64,000 nucleotides of DNA from a bacterium. Lineage in GTDB: Bacteria > Electryoneota > RPQS01. A program made the position numbers and the translations under genes. Below, piece after piece: positions 39,103 through 48,705 of this stretch (positions within the stretch are counted from its first letter, which is position 1; each line of letters begins with the position of its first letter). The notes beneath the pieces were generated by a model. The model searched no databases and was not told where the DNA came from. It was given only the letters and a program-made list of their open reading frames with translations. Where the stretch lies: NCBI GenBank assembly GCA_016703065.1, contig JADJCU010000003.1, positions 457,045-521,044 of the forward strand, in the 5' to 3' direction.

Positions 39103-41973
39103 CTAGTTAGCATTCTTTTCTGACTTTGACTTCTGCCCGGTAGCCTTCTTCTTAGGTATTTGGGTCACTTTCGTTGACGCTTCGCGCTTTCGGCTAATCG
39201 TAAAAATGTCGTGCTTCCTGTTTTTGTCGCGCCCGACAAGTAGCACAAATCCAGCGTCATCTAGAACTCCTTGCGCATCTTTCAAGCGACGAGACAAAAG
39301 ATTGGGCATATTATACGGAAAGTGGATGCTTGCGCGCTTCGCTGCCGCTGTCAACATGGCTACCAGCTGCGCGGAGCCACCAACGAGAGTCTCGCCATCG
39401 CAAAGTAGTTCGTATGGCCACTTTGGCGGGCTTGCAATCGCACGCCATTTTCGTGCATCATCAAAGATCGTCTCGATTGCGACTACTATCGGATTCGATT
39501 CCCTGGCAATATTGCCGACGTATGATTCCTGTCCGATCATCCATTTGTCGACTACCTCATCAGATTTTGCTTTCGGCATTACGACCGGTACAAGTTCGTC
39601 TGCAATGAGGGCCATGATACATATGTACTCCAGCGATCTGCCCAGCACGTGTCTAGGGTACTTAGCTTGCAGTGCATCGCGCCATTGCTTCAGGCCACCA
39701 TTGGCGATTCGACGCACAACATTGCCGATAATGTGAACATGCGTAGATAATAGCCGATCACGGTCGCGACCGATCAAGTTAATAAAAGTCTGCGACCATA
39801 CCTTCTTGCCGTATTTGTCAACGTCAAAAACAATATGAATCGTCCGATTGATCAATTCCGGCCTGTTAAGATTGTCGATTCCGCTCGTGTTTATAATACA
39901 CCGAGCACGAAGGGAGACCATGCTGGTCGACGAATCGGCGCTCATCTTCTCTCTCTCTACGCCAGAAACCGCCGTCAATATAAACTGTGCGAGTTCCTTC
40001 GTCAACTGGGCCGTTTCAATATTGTCGATCAATAGCAATGGATTTTGCGCTGCGTCATTGTAGTTGGATGCTTCAGTGGGGTTCTTCAATCGGTTTTCGC
40101 CATAGACAAGCCGAGATACAACGTCCATTGCCCGTGACTTGCCCTTACTAGAAGGCCCCTCGCATCGGAGATGCGGTCGGCTTTCAACATATTCGAGAAA
40201 GGGATATGCCAAAACCCAACATGCATACAACAACCGATCCTCATCGCTACAAGCAAAAAGTTGAAGAATACGTTCATCAAACAACTTAATCGCTTCTCGA
40301 TATTCCTTGATTGACACTGCGGTGAAGGACCATTGATTAACCTTTGGGCTCGCCTTCAAGAACACGCGCTCGTCGTTGTAACCGTTATCAAGCGTCGTAA
40401 CGCCATTGACATCGAACTTGAATATTTTACCGTCCGAATTGTTCAAGTGTAAATAGAGGGTACCAGCCGCACGGCTAGATCTCACCCATGCGACTTTTCC
40501 AGCCGATTCCGAATTCAATGACGATTCTGCTTTAAACGCTTCGACGATACGCTTTACGCGCGGTGTTTCAAAAGTTACTTCACCTTCGGAATAGAGAAAG
40601 TCAGTGAAAGCCTGGTTTCGGCCCACAACAATATGCTTGCCTTTCCAAGCGATAAGAAGTCTGTCGTTTTCGTCTTTGTAAGCCACGCCCTTGTTTCCGC
40701 GAAACCAGCCAAACATCATTTTTCCAGTTGCTTCTGGCGTAACGTCATCCATTTCAGCCACCATAAAAACTTCTGCCAGTGACCAGCCCGGAAAATCCGA
40801 TTTAAACAAGGCCTTTGCAGCTGCTTTCCTCAAATCACTTGCTTTTAGGCCAAGGTCTGACGCAAGTCGAGTAATCCAATCGTTTTGCTCCTCAAATGAC
40901 AATCGCGCGAAATCGTGTTCAAAGTGGTTATCAAGCTCTAATTGAAGTTCTGCTTTGTCTAAGCCTTTAAACGCTTCCATTAGGCGGTCGAGGTCAAGGT
41001 AGATTCCCCATCCTGCGGGCGAATTGGGCCATTTGGGCACGATCCCGGGCCACCCAAGCCCCTTGATTGCTGCGTATGACGTAGGTGCATGCTCCCGATC
41101 ATTGAAGCAACCCGGTCTTTGTATTCGACTATGTTGAAATTCTCCGGTCCTTTCTTGGCAATTTCTACCAAGAACGCAAAACTTTCTTTGCCGAATCGGC
41201 ACAAATTGGTGATAAGCGCCGTAATCAAGGGTTCAGATATCCCAATTGTTGCATTGTCTTCGCACCACTTCACGAATGGACAGTTGTCTTTTACTTTCTG
41301 AAATCCAGCGGGTGTACCCATGTGGTTCGCACGGTCATCTTGCATGCTGTGCACTAACGGGCTTATGGCTCTTTCGAGAGATTCAAACTCGGAAACTGAC
41401 GCTCGTTTCACATTGTCCACGAATACATTTGCATCAGTGAACAGGTTACCATCTTGGTCAACAAGCGAGCTTGATGTGGATTCGCCAAAGTACGGCAAGA
41501 AGACGTATTGGGATTCTCCCGTCATCAATTCCAATCCGCCAGGCACAGAGGGGATGTGCTCTTCAAGTCTTGACTGCGAAATCAAGCCGCGTATCGTGCG
41601 CACGACTCGGTCGACTTGTAAGGGCGTGTCAAAGAAAATCCATACTTGATACTCTTCCACACTTTTGAACGTCAGAAGTCGATTGTAAGTATGACGGGAT
41701 ACCGTAAGTTGCCAGTGCTTTTTGATAGGTGCTGGCAGCACTTCCCGGCCCAGCAATCTCACGCCAATCAAACTGCACGATAGCCCAGTTGACGGTCGAA
41801 TCCTCACGGAGTACAAAGATTCCGACCTTGGCTTTGCCATTTAGGTGGTCATTGACGTGTCCGAGCAGGTCTAACTCGTCACCTATAAGGGTGGGGTTCG
41901 CACTTGATTCGACCACTACTCGGTCAGTGGCACCTGCAAAGGTATCAAGGAATTTCTTGGGATCTACGAGCAT
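39103..41973 (-). pseudogene. Primase-helicase paralogue (module 2), frame disrupted, with a different N-terminal AEP-type domain
   Basis: Pieces 41629-41973, 40980-41840 and 39103-41202. CEGPSSKGKSRAMDVVSRLVYGENRLKNPTEASNYNDAAQNPLLLIDNIE aligns with module 1 DGVSSSGKTRGMELISQFIYGDNHLKKATEAANYTDGARNPLVLLDNVE. The two also share CPFVKW and LGW.G..P.WP.SPAGW blocks. The N-terminus has YQVWIFFDTP (prim-pol-like). Confidence 0.7.
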
Positions 41974-42140
41974 GGAACGACTATTCTTTTTTGCGAGTTA
42001 GTTCGGACTAAACAGCAATTTGCAATACTTTTTCCCTAGAGTCAATATCAAAAAAAGGCTTGGACAATTTGGCAATTAGGGTGTTGAGATGACCCTTAAT
42101 TGTCCCCTTGACAAACCCAAATGAACAAAGAGACACTCTA

Positions 42141-42173
42141 CGTAAAAACGAAAAAGCAGGTCGAGCCTGCTTT
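42141..42173 (-). terminator. Terminator after the hicA-hicB-secB-like operon
   Basis: Stem AAAGCAGG/CCTGCTTT. On the minus strand it is followed by TTTTTCGTTTTT. Confidence 0.7.
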
Positions 42174-42197
42174 AAAACGGAAGCATTCTATTGCAAA

Positions 42198-42644
42198 CTA
42201 ATTCTTAGTTTTTGGATCAGGTACAAATGTATTTATGACCATTGGTAGAGTAAAAACAGGCATGCCCATTTTGGCTAATGTTCCACTGACCAGCTCCCTG
42301 AAGTATGGCCACGCTATGACCTTCAAAGTAGTACTCTTAAATATTTCAAAAAATTCGTCCGTGAGAACATTTGGGCTGACAAATGTTGACACATAATCAG
42401 CCTTAATATCGACAATTATTTCAGACTCAGTTGCACCAAAGGCAAGAAACGAGCACTTGGTTGTGACCAAATAATCGTTTTCACCGACTTTGTCACTCCT
42501 AACGTAATCTAAATCGAACTTGGCACTCATTTGTGCGGGGAGGTTTTGCTCCACAAGTTTTGATTCGACAGCTGACAGGCGAAAACCTGTTAAGTCAACC
42601 GTTTTGATGATCTCGTTATAGTCTTTGGGTTCCATTCTTAACAT
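42198..42644 (-). CDS. SecB-like chaperone (TAC-type)
   Basis: 148 aa. IAWPYFRELVSGTLAKMGMPVFTLPMVINTF matches the conserved SecB segment (L)FPYARE...GFP.L.L.P.NF. Overlaps the hicB stop. Confidence 0.65.
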   Translation of the reverse strand: MLRMEPKDYNEIIKTVDLTGFRLSAVESKLVEQNLPAQMSAKFDLDYVRSDKVGENDYLVTTKCSFLAFGATESEIIVDIKADYVSTFVSPNVLTDEFFEIFKSTTLKVIAWPYFRELVSGTLAKMGMPVFTLPMVINTFVPDPKTKN

Positions 42645-43246
42645 TCTGTATTGATTAGGGCTTTGAAAGCATGAGGTAGGTAGGTGGTGGTAACAATCGG
42701 CCTGGACTTGCTCGGAGTGGGATAACTTACAAGATTTTGGAACTCTCGCGGCTCTGGCATTACAAGTGTCAGATGCGAAATATTAACGATGTTATCCGCT
42801 CGAATCTGTGTTATCGGATTCCGCATATCGCAGAATCTTTGAAACTCTCTGAGAATGTGGTTTGAACGTCCTGTATCTGATAGTACAGAAAGAACATAGC
42901 TATTGAGCGACATCCCCTCCAAATCTGCTTCATGATCTAATCGTGCATGAAGACTCTTGGGAAGTCGCACAACAAATTTCCCGCTAAAAGCTGTTTGTTT
43001 TTGTCGTGGTGGATCAGGCAAATCAACGTTTTTGTTGATGTGCCCTTCAATCATAATTGCGGCTACTTCGCTTAAATCTTGCAAGGCATCCGCTTTAGTT
43101 TTTCCCATCCCACAAAACGCAATTCTTCCTAAATGAGGATAGTAGGCTTTATATCCACCGCCATCCTCTTCACTAACTTTTGCAATCTCAATCGGATAGT
43201 GGTCTAAGGCTTCAATCGATGGCTTCACTGTCTTCCCTTTCATCAT
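42638..43246 (-). CDS. hicB: HicB-family antitoxin (HicB N-domain plus RHH) with a C-terminal extension
   Basis: YPIEIAKVSEEDGGGYKAYYPHLGRIAFCGMGKTKADALQDL (HicB fold pattern). FSGKFVVRLPKSLHARLDHEADLEGMSLNSYVLSVLS (RHH). About 70 further residues follow the RHH. Confidence 0.8.
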   Translation of the reverse strand: MMKGKTVKPSIEALDHYPIEIAKVSEEDGGGYKAYYPHLGRIAFCGMGKTKADALQDLSEVAAIMIEGHINKNVDLPDPPRQKQTAFSGKFVVRLPKSLHARLDHEADLEGMSLNSYVLSVLSDTGRSNHILREFQRFCDMRNPITQIRADNIVNISHLTLVMPEPREFQNLVSYPTPSKSRPIVTTTYLPHAFKALINTEC

Positions 43247-43568
43247 CACAATCCCACTCTTGCGGTGATTCTTCATAACGTTCTATCACAAGACGAACAG
43301 ATGGAACAACCTTGTTTTTGAATGCTCCCTTGTCAACTGGTTCGCCCTTGGAATGCGGCTTGTCTATAGTATACTGCCCGATCCCAGAAAAGTCGGCGGG
43401 AGAATCAACCAAAAACGGGTGAGAAATAGTGTTTCTGGTTCCACGCCCTGTTGTCTCGTCAACATCGAATTTCAATTTTTTCAAGAAGTTCACTAACAAT
43501 CGCCATTTAGGAGGATTTTTAGAATTCTCCCATTCGGCGAACTGTTGTTTGAGCTTCTTGAGTTGCAA
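43212..43568 (-). CDS. hicA: HicA-like toxin (long form with acidic tail)
   Basis: 118 aa directly upstream of and overlapping hicB. WRLLVNFLKKLKFDVDETTGRGTRNTISHPF resembles the HicA/YcfA dsRBD-like core with a conserved His. Confidence 0.55.
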   Translation of the reverse strand: MQLKKLKQQFAEWENSKNPPKWRLLVNFLKKLKFDVDETTGRGTRNTISHPFLVDSPADFSGIGQYTIDKPHSKGEPVDKGAFKNKVVPSVRLVIERYEESPQEWDCDDEREDSEAID

Positions 43569-44294
43569 TATTAATTACCATAATTCATGTTAGAAGCTAA
43601 TGATACTAAAGTTGATACTAAAAAGCAATGGCTCTAGTTCCTTGAGCAAAAAACGAACCAAACATACAAATATTTGTTTTAATTTATTTTAGATAGAAAT
43701 TGATTTGCCCCTATGCATGCATTTGCTGTAAATAGAGGGTGCTTTCCGCACAGTTCAGGTGCTTTCGATATTCCCTCTGCGATACTCCTCCGCGTCGAAC
43801 AGTCGGATGTTGCGCCGACATTCCCGAATGAGTTCCCATCAATTGAACCTGGCTTCCTCGCGACCCTCAAGCAGTTCCTCCTACGCAGGAGTTACAACCA
43901 CCGACACCAGTAACAAACAGTCTAATTCTGCATCTGGTGCTGAAAATGGAGGCAGACCAAGCTCCCTTTGAAGCTGGAGGGTCGAGATTCGTTTTAGGAC
44001 GAGCACATGTTATGACAAGTTATAGGCCCACCAATTCAAGCCTAAAAGTACAATCGCCATGCATTTATGTGCTTACAACATATTTGTTGACTCTTGTATT
44101 CTATAGTGTTACATTCAGCATTATGCATTTTATCGTTGGTGGTGTACCGCAATGTCACTTACCAGCACAGGCGACTTTTTGGGTCGATGTCTTGAAATCA
44201 CGATGGTTGTTCCGTTTTTGAACTTGACAATGTACGTCGAAAGACAATCAGGACTGTTTCTATTGGGATCCCATTCAATTGGACAATCTGTTAG

Positions 44295-45012
44295 ATGAGC
44301 ACAAATCCACGCAAATATCTTGTCCACGGCCTGAGCCTAGCCGCCCAAAAGGAATGGCAGAGGGCTATTGACTGTCTCTCTATTGTCATAGACGACGGCG
44401 CTCGTGACGATGACAGTTTCGATGCAATCGTTTGTCGCGCAAACTGTTATATGCAGATCCGAGATTGGGACCGCGCATTAGAGGATTCCGAACGGATTAT
44501 GAACCAATGGCAGGATTTACAAGTGGGTTACTTACTACGTGCGAACATTCTATCGAAAAACCGATGAAGTGCTTGCAGCCATTGAAGCCCATTTAGCGGC
44601 AATCGGAGAAGAGCAGGAACCATCAGAAAAAGGTACAGTCAGAGACCGTTCCAACATTTTCAGCGACGATCCATTGCGAGAAACACTCGATGCGTATAAA
44701 GAAGCCATAGATAAGGATCCCACCCATCCCCAAGCGTGGGTTGATCGCGGCAAGTTTCACGAAATGCTATTGAATGACGCTGAGGCGTTGGCGGATGCAC
44801 GTTGCGCAACTACGATATCTCCGGATCATCCCGGAGCAAATCTCTTGTTATCCCACGCTCTAGAAAATCACGAACACTTTTCAGACGCGTTAAAGGCACT
44901 GTGGCGCTACATAGAAAATGCCCACGAAGAGCATATTGACGATGTCATTGAAGCTGCGCTGTATATTAGAATTCTACAAAGTGCGCTTTCGCTAGATGAG
45001 CATTCCGAATGA
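44295..45012 (+). pseudogene. TPR-repeat protein, one frameshift
   Basis: Pieces 44295-44567 and 44539-45012. Helical TPR-like repeats (AIDCLSIVID..., ANCYMQIRDWDRALEDSERIM, AWVDRGKFHEMLLNDAEALADARCA). Confidence 0.5.
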
Positions 45013-45264
45013 GCCAATATGACCATACTGCGATGTGGATGCCTGCAAACTGCAGCAATAAAACACAACGTGGCTAAACTCGATACAATTTCAAGTCGCG
45101 TTCCAAGCCCACTAGTGCCTAACCTCGGTTTTGACGAGAAGCCCTGACAGGCTGCGGACTGTTTTCCGTCAGCGCATCTTGAGGGATTTGTGTTAGAGGC
45201 ATACCATCCTATCCCCTATTGACTTTGTTTCCGGACTAACACACTAACGTTGACATTGCCGCCA

Positions 45265-46373
45265 ATGAATAGAGATTGGATTACCCATTTTTGGGTGGTT
45301 CCTGTTTGGCTGGGTTTGGGTTTGTTTGTTTGAGTTCGTATTCCGGGGCGTAGCCTAAGCTTGAGTGCAGCCGTTCTTGATTATAGACCAAGTTGATGAA
45401 GTGCTTGATCTGACGCTTCGCCTCTTCAGGCGTGCGGTAGTCGGACAGATAGACTTCTTCTTTCTTCAAAGTTTTGAAGAAGCTCTCGGCCACCGCATTG
45501 TCGTATGGATTGCCCTTGCGTGACATACTGATTTGAACGCCGTGCTGCCGGCAGATCGGTGTCGCGTGGCAGCATACTGCAGCCGATCCTGTGATGGATC
45601 AACCCCGGGGCTGGCGTTCAGCAGGGCCGTTCTGGCCTCGTCCCATCAGCTTCCAGGCTTTTGGACAGCGCCCAACCCACAACCTTGCGTGAGTACGCAT
45701 CGAGGATCACAGCCAGATAGACAAAGCCCAACGGCAAGCGGATGTAGGTGATATCCGCTACCCAGATGCGATCTGGCGCATCCGGCCACTGATTCTGATA
45801 GAGGTTCGGGTAGACAGGGAACGCATGCTTGCTGTCTGTTGTAATCGTAAACCCGCGCAGTGGCCTGACCAGCAGGTCTGACTCTTTCATGATCTTCAAG
45901 ACAAGCTTGCGGTTCACAATCACCCCCTGCCGACGCAGCTCGGCGGTGATGCGCCGATAACCATAGCCAGCCTTGTGAAACGCAGGTTTCAACCGGCCAA
46001 ATCAAGTCGTCGCGTCAGGCTTGCTGTGAACATAGTGTAGTGCTCGGGCAGTCATCAGCATCCTTCTTTCGCGTGGCGTGCCCGGAGAAGGGGGCTTGCG
46101 GCGTTCTGTGTTCCTAAGCCGGGCGGTTTGAAACTGATCTGTTCTTTCTTGCACTGCTGCTGTTCGGCCTCTGGGTGGGGGCGGTCGCTCAGGGGATTTG
46201 TGCCTTCTGCCAGAGCAGAATCGTGTTCGCAGCACCGGGTCGCGGACACTAAGCCTGACTCGCTCCTGCCAACACTTCCTGACCACCTGAAGCTTAAACT
46301 CGTCGAACTGGTCGCTGTCCGCCATCAAAGCTCTTCCTCTGTTCCCACAAACTTAACACTGGGGACTCTCTCA
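45265..46373 (-). mobile_element. Degenerate IS3-family element (copy 1)
   Basis: OrfB pieces 45281-45526 (SRKGNPYDNAVAESFFKTLKKEEV) and 45618-45992 (YGYRRITAELRRQG..., WVADITYIRL..., ILDAYSRKVVGW) are separated by several frame breaks. An OrfA remnant lies at 46002-46328. The ends start TGA.. and end ..TCA. Boundaries are approximate. Confidence 0.7.
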
Positions 46374-46750
46374 GTCCATGGGGTTGCAGGTCAGATCTTC
46401 ATTTACTTATCGACTACTACAACCTACCATTCACCACGCGGAGGCGAGGTATTCGCTATGTCATTGATTGCATACTTCATACCATTGGTCCACAAGGTTG
46501 ACTGGCACTCAACATATCCATGCTCGCCTCTATGCAGGTTGGCACATAGGCGCAACGCTTACAAAAGCCGCACAATCATTGACGGCTGAAGTGCAACATG
46601 TATTCCCAGCTATAGTGCATGTTAACGGGCCATCAAGCTCCTGTCTGGCTTTAATCTCGCGTGCCGGGCGCTGCTTTGGACATATCCTGAGGCGCATTAA
46701 CGTGTAAACTGTAAGCCTTCAGACCTTTTGGCACAAGATGCGCTATTGTA

Positions 46751-47797
46751 TTAAGGTGTAGTTTGGGTTTGTAAGTTGCGGAGCTTCAGTGGTTTTGGTG
46801 ATGTTGATGTATTGACCTGGCGACGGGTCTTTTTTGTTTGTGTTTGGAGCCGTTTTCGGCGTCTGAGAATGGTCTCGGCGCGGCCGTAATAGACATCTGC
46901 AGGATGCAGATTGTCGATGGATTTGTGGTAGTGTTCGGTGTTGTACCAGTTGCGGAACCGATCCAGTGCCTCTTGCAGCTCCGCCGGCGACGAGTAGACA
47001 ACCCAGGTTCAACCGTTCTTTGGCCGTGCGGTTCAAGCGCTCGATCTTCCCGTTCGTCTGTGGGTGATTACGCGCGGAGTAGATGTGGTGGATGCCGGAC
47101 TCATCGAGGAACCGGTTGAACGGTTTGGCGATGTAACCCGAGCCGTTGTCGCTTAAGAGCTTCGCACGTCGGTTCACCGGGACTTTCTTCATGCCGGTCG
47201 TGTTCAGCGCTTTGTCGATCAGATTCTGCGTGGCCGGTCCGTCCATTTTGTCCATCAGCTCGAAGCAGATCGAGTAACGGCTGTAGTCATCCAAGACACC
47301 GCCGGCAAAGTACCAGCCCCAGTTGACAATGTGGAAGTACGTGAAGTCCGTCTGCCACAGCTCATGCACATGCGTGGTCTTGCGATGATACTCCTTTGAC
47401 GCTTTCATCACCTGCGGCAGTTCGCGCTGCAACCCTTCACGCTTCAAGATGCGGTAGATCGTGCTTTCGCTGACCGAGAACCTGCCTTCATCCGTAATCA
47501 GAAAAGAAAGCTGCCGGGCACTGCGATCCGGATACGCTAAGGCGCGCGCGATAACCGTCTCTTCTTCCTGCGGAAGCAGTCTGTTCCAGATGCGTCTGGC
47601 CACGGGACGTTCATCTTCCAGCGTGCCGTTCTGCATCCAACGATGGTAGGTGCGTGTCGGAACGCCTAACTTGCGCAGCGTCTGGTTCACCGAAAGTTGT
47701 GACCGTTCGACAAGCCTAATCACTTCTTCCTTCTGCTGCGCACTCATGCGCTGATAGCGCTCGCGCTCTTTCGGTAATTTTAGAAGAGACTTTTTTT
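46751..47797 (-). CDS. IS3-family transposase OrfB (DDE/rve integrase core), one C-terminal frame break
   Basis: WQTDFTYFHIV, VLDDYSRY, LLSDNGSGY and HPQTNGKIERLN (DDE motifs). A frame change near 46990 restores ...SPAELQEALDRFRNWYNTEHYHKSIDNLHPADVYYGR. Confidence 0.8.
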
Positions 47798-48151
47798 GAG
47801 CGCGCGTACTTCCACGGTCAGGTCGGCCACCGCCTGCCGTAGTGCTTCGTTCTCCTGTTGCATCTTGCTCACATCGCCGCGGCTTGCGCCGCGTGTCTCT
47901 TCGCCTAACAGCCTGGCCTTCCCCGCTTCCATGAACTCCTTCAGCCACGTATAGTAGATGTTCTGATGCAGGTTCTCCTGACGGCACAGCGCCGCTACCG
48001 TTTGCTCGCCGCGCAGTCCGGCCAACACCACACGGATCTTGTCTTCCGCGCTGTACTTTCTGCGTGTGCGCTGCTTTACCGACTTGATCAGCTGACTCGC
48101 ACTCTCGGGCTTCGCTGCCGTCGTGCTCTTCTTCGCTTTTCCTCTGGGCAT
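47780..48151 (-). CDS. IS3-family transposase OrfA (HTH)
   Basis: RRKYSAEDKIRVVLAGLRGEQTVAALCRQENLHQNIYYTWLKEF plus a leucine-zipper-like C-terminus. Ends in the A7G slippery run. Confidence 0.85.
   Translation of the reverse strand: MPRGKAKKSTTAAKPESASQLIKSVKQRTRRKYSAEDKIRVVLAGLRGEQTVAALCRQENLHQNIYYTWLKEFMEAGKARLLGEETRGASRGDVSKMQQENEALRQAVADLTVEVRALKKSLF
47791..47798 (-). promoter_or_regulatory. A AAA AAG -1 ribosomal frameshift site joining orfA and orfB
   Basis: The minus strand reads CTC AAA AAA AGT CTC TTC TAA (orfA end). A -1 shift gives KKKSLLKLPKERERYQRM, which continues as OrfB. Confidence 0.75.
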
Positions 48152-48367
48152 AAAAAATCTTCCTTTCCGATGCGTTCATTATAGCACCTTCCCGGAAGCT
48201 CCGCAACCCCTAAACGGGTCGCCAACGCTAAGTTCAGTCCGGGCCGCCCGACTGAACTTACAACACTACATTACACCTAATAATACTGATCCTTTTGTGC
48301 CAAATGCGCTGACGGAAAACAGTGTAAACACCAGGGTGACCTTAACTGCGCCAACCTAAATTGCCCG

Positions 48368-48679
48368 ATGTCTACCGTGTTCCAGTTTGTGAACAACAAT
48401 AATTGTCCCGAGTCAAACTGTTCCTTAAAAGTAAACGATTTCTTACTTGTTGAAAAGCAGAAACTGGTTGATACAATGCTCACATCGGATGCTATTTTCC
48501 ACAGTTCTAAGGGATCGCGCATTTGTATAGTTTCATCCGATGATGACTTCTGGCCTGCAATTCTGCATTCAATTTCCTTGGGATCCAATGTGATTCATGT
48601 TCACACGCAACCTAGTACTAGAGTAAGCGACCAATACTCGGCTCGCTTGAACGCATTTTATGTAAGGCGAATGCTCTAA
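48368..48679 (+). pseudogene. NYN/LabA-like nuclease domain, C-terminal fragment (N-terminus missing, next to the IS end)
   Basis: VDTMLTSDAIFHSSKGSRICIVSSDDDFWPAILHSISLGSNVIHV resembles the NYN (LabA/DUF88) C-terminal half (..D..L..D.......LvSgDsDF.P....). There is no N-terminal DxxN part. Confidence 0.45.
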
Positions 48680-48705
48680 CGACCCAACAAAGATAGAAAA
48701 CGAAT

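Larger units (their letters stand above)
46744..48285 (-). mobile_element. IS3-family insertion sequence (copy 2) with orfA/orfB and a programmed -1 frameshift site
   Basis: Imperfect terminal inverted repeats: left TATTAAGGTGTAGTTTGGGTTTGTAAGTT, and reverse complement of the right end TATTAGGTGTAATGTAGTGTTGTAAGTT. A GTTGCGGAGCTTC sub-terminal repeat occurs at both ends. Confidence 0.8.
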
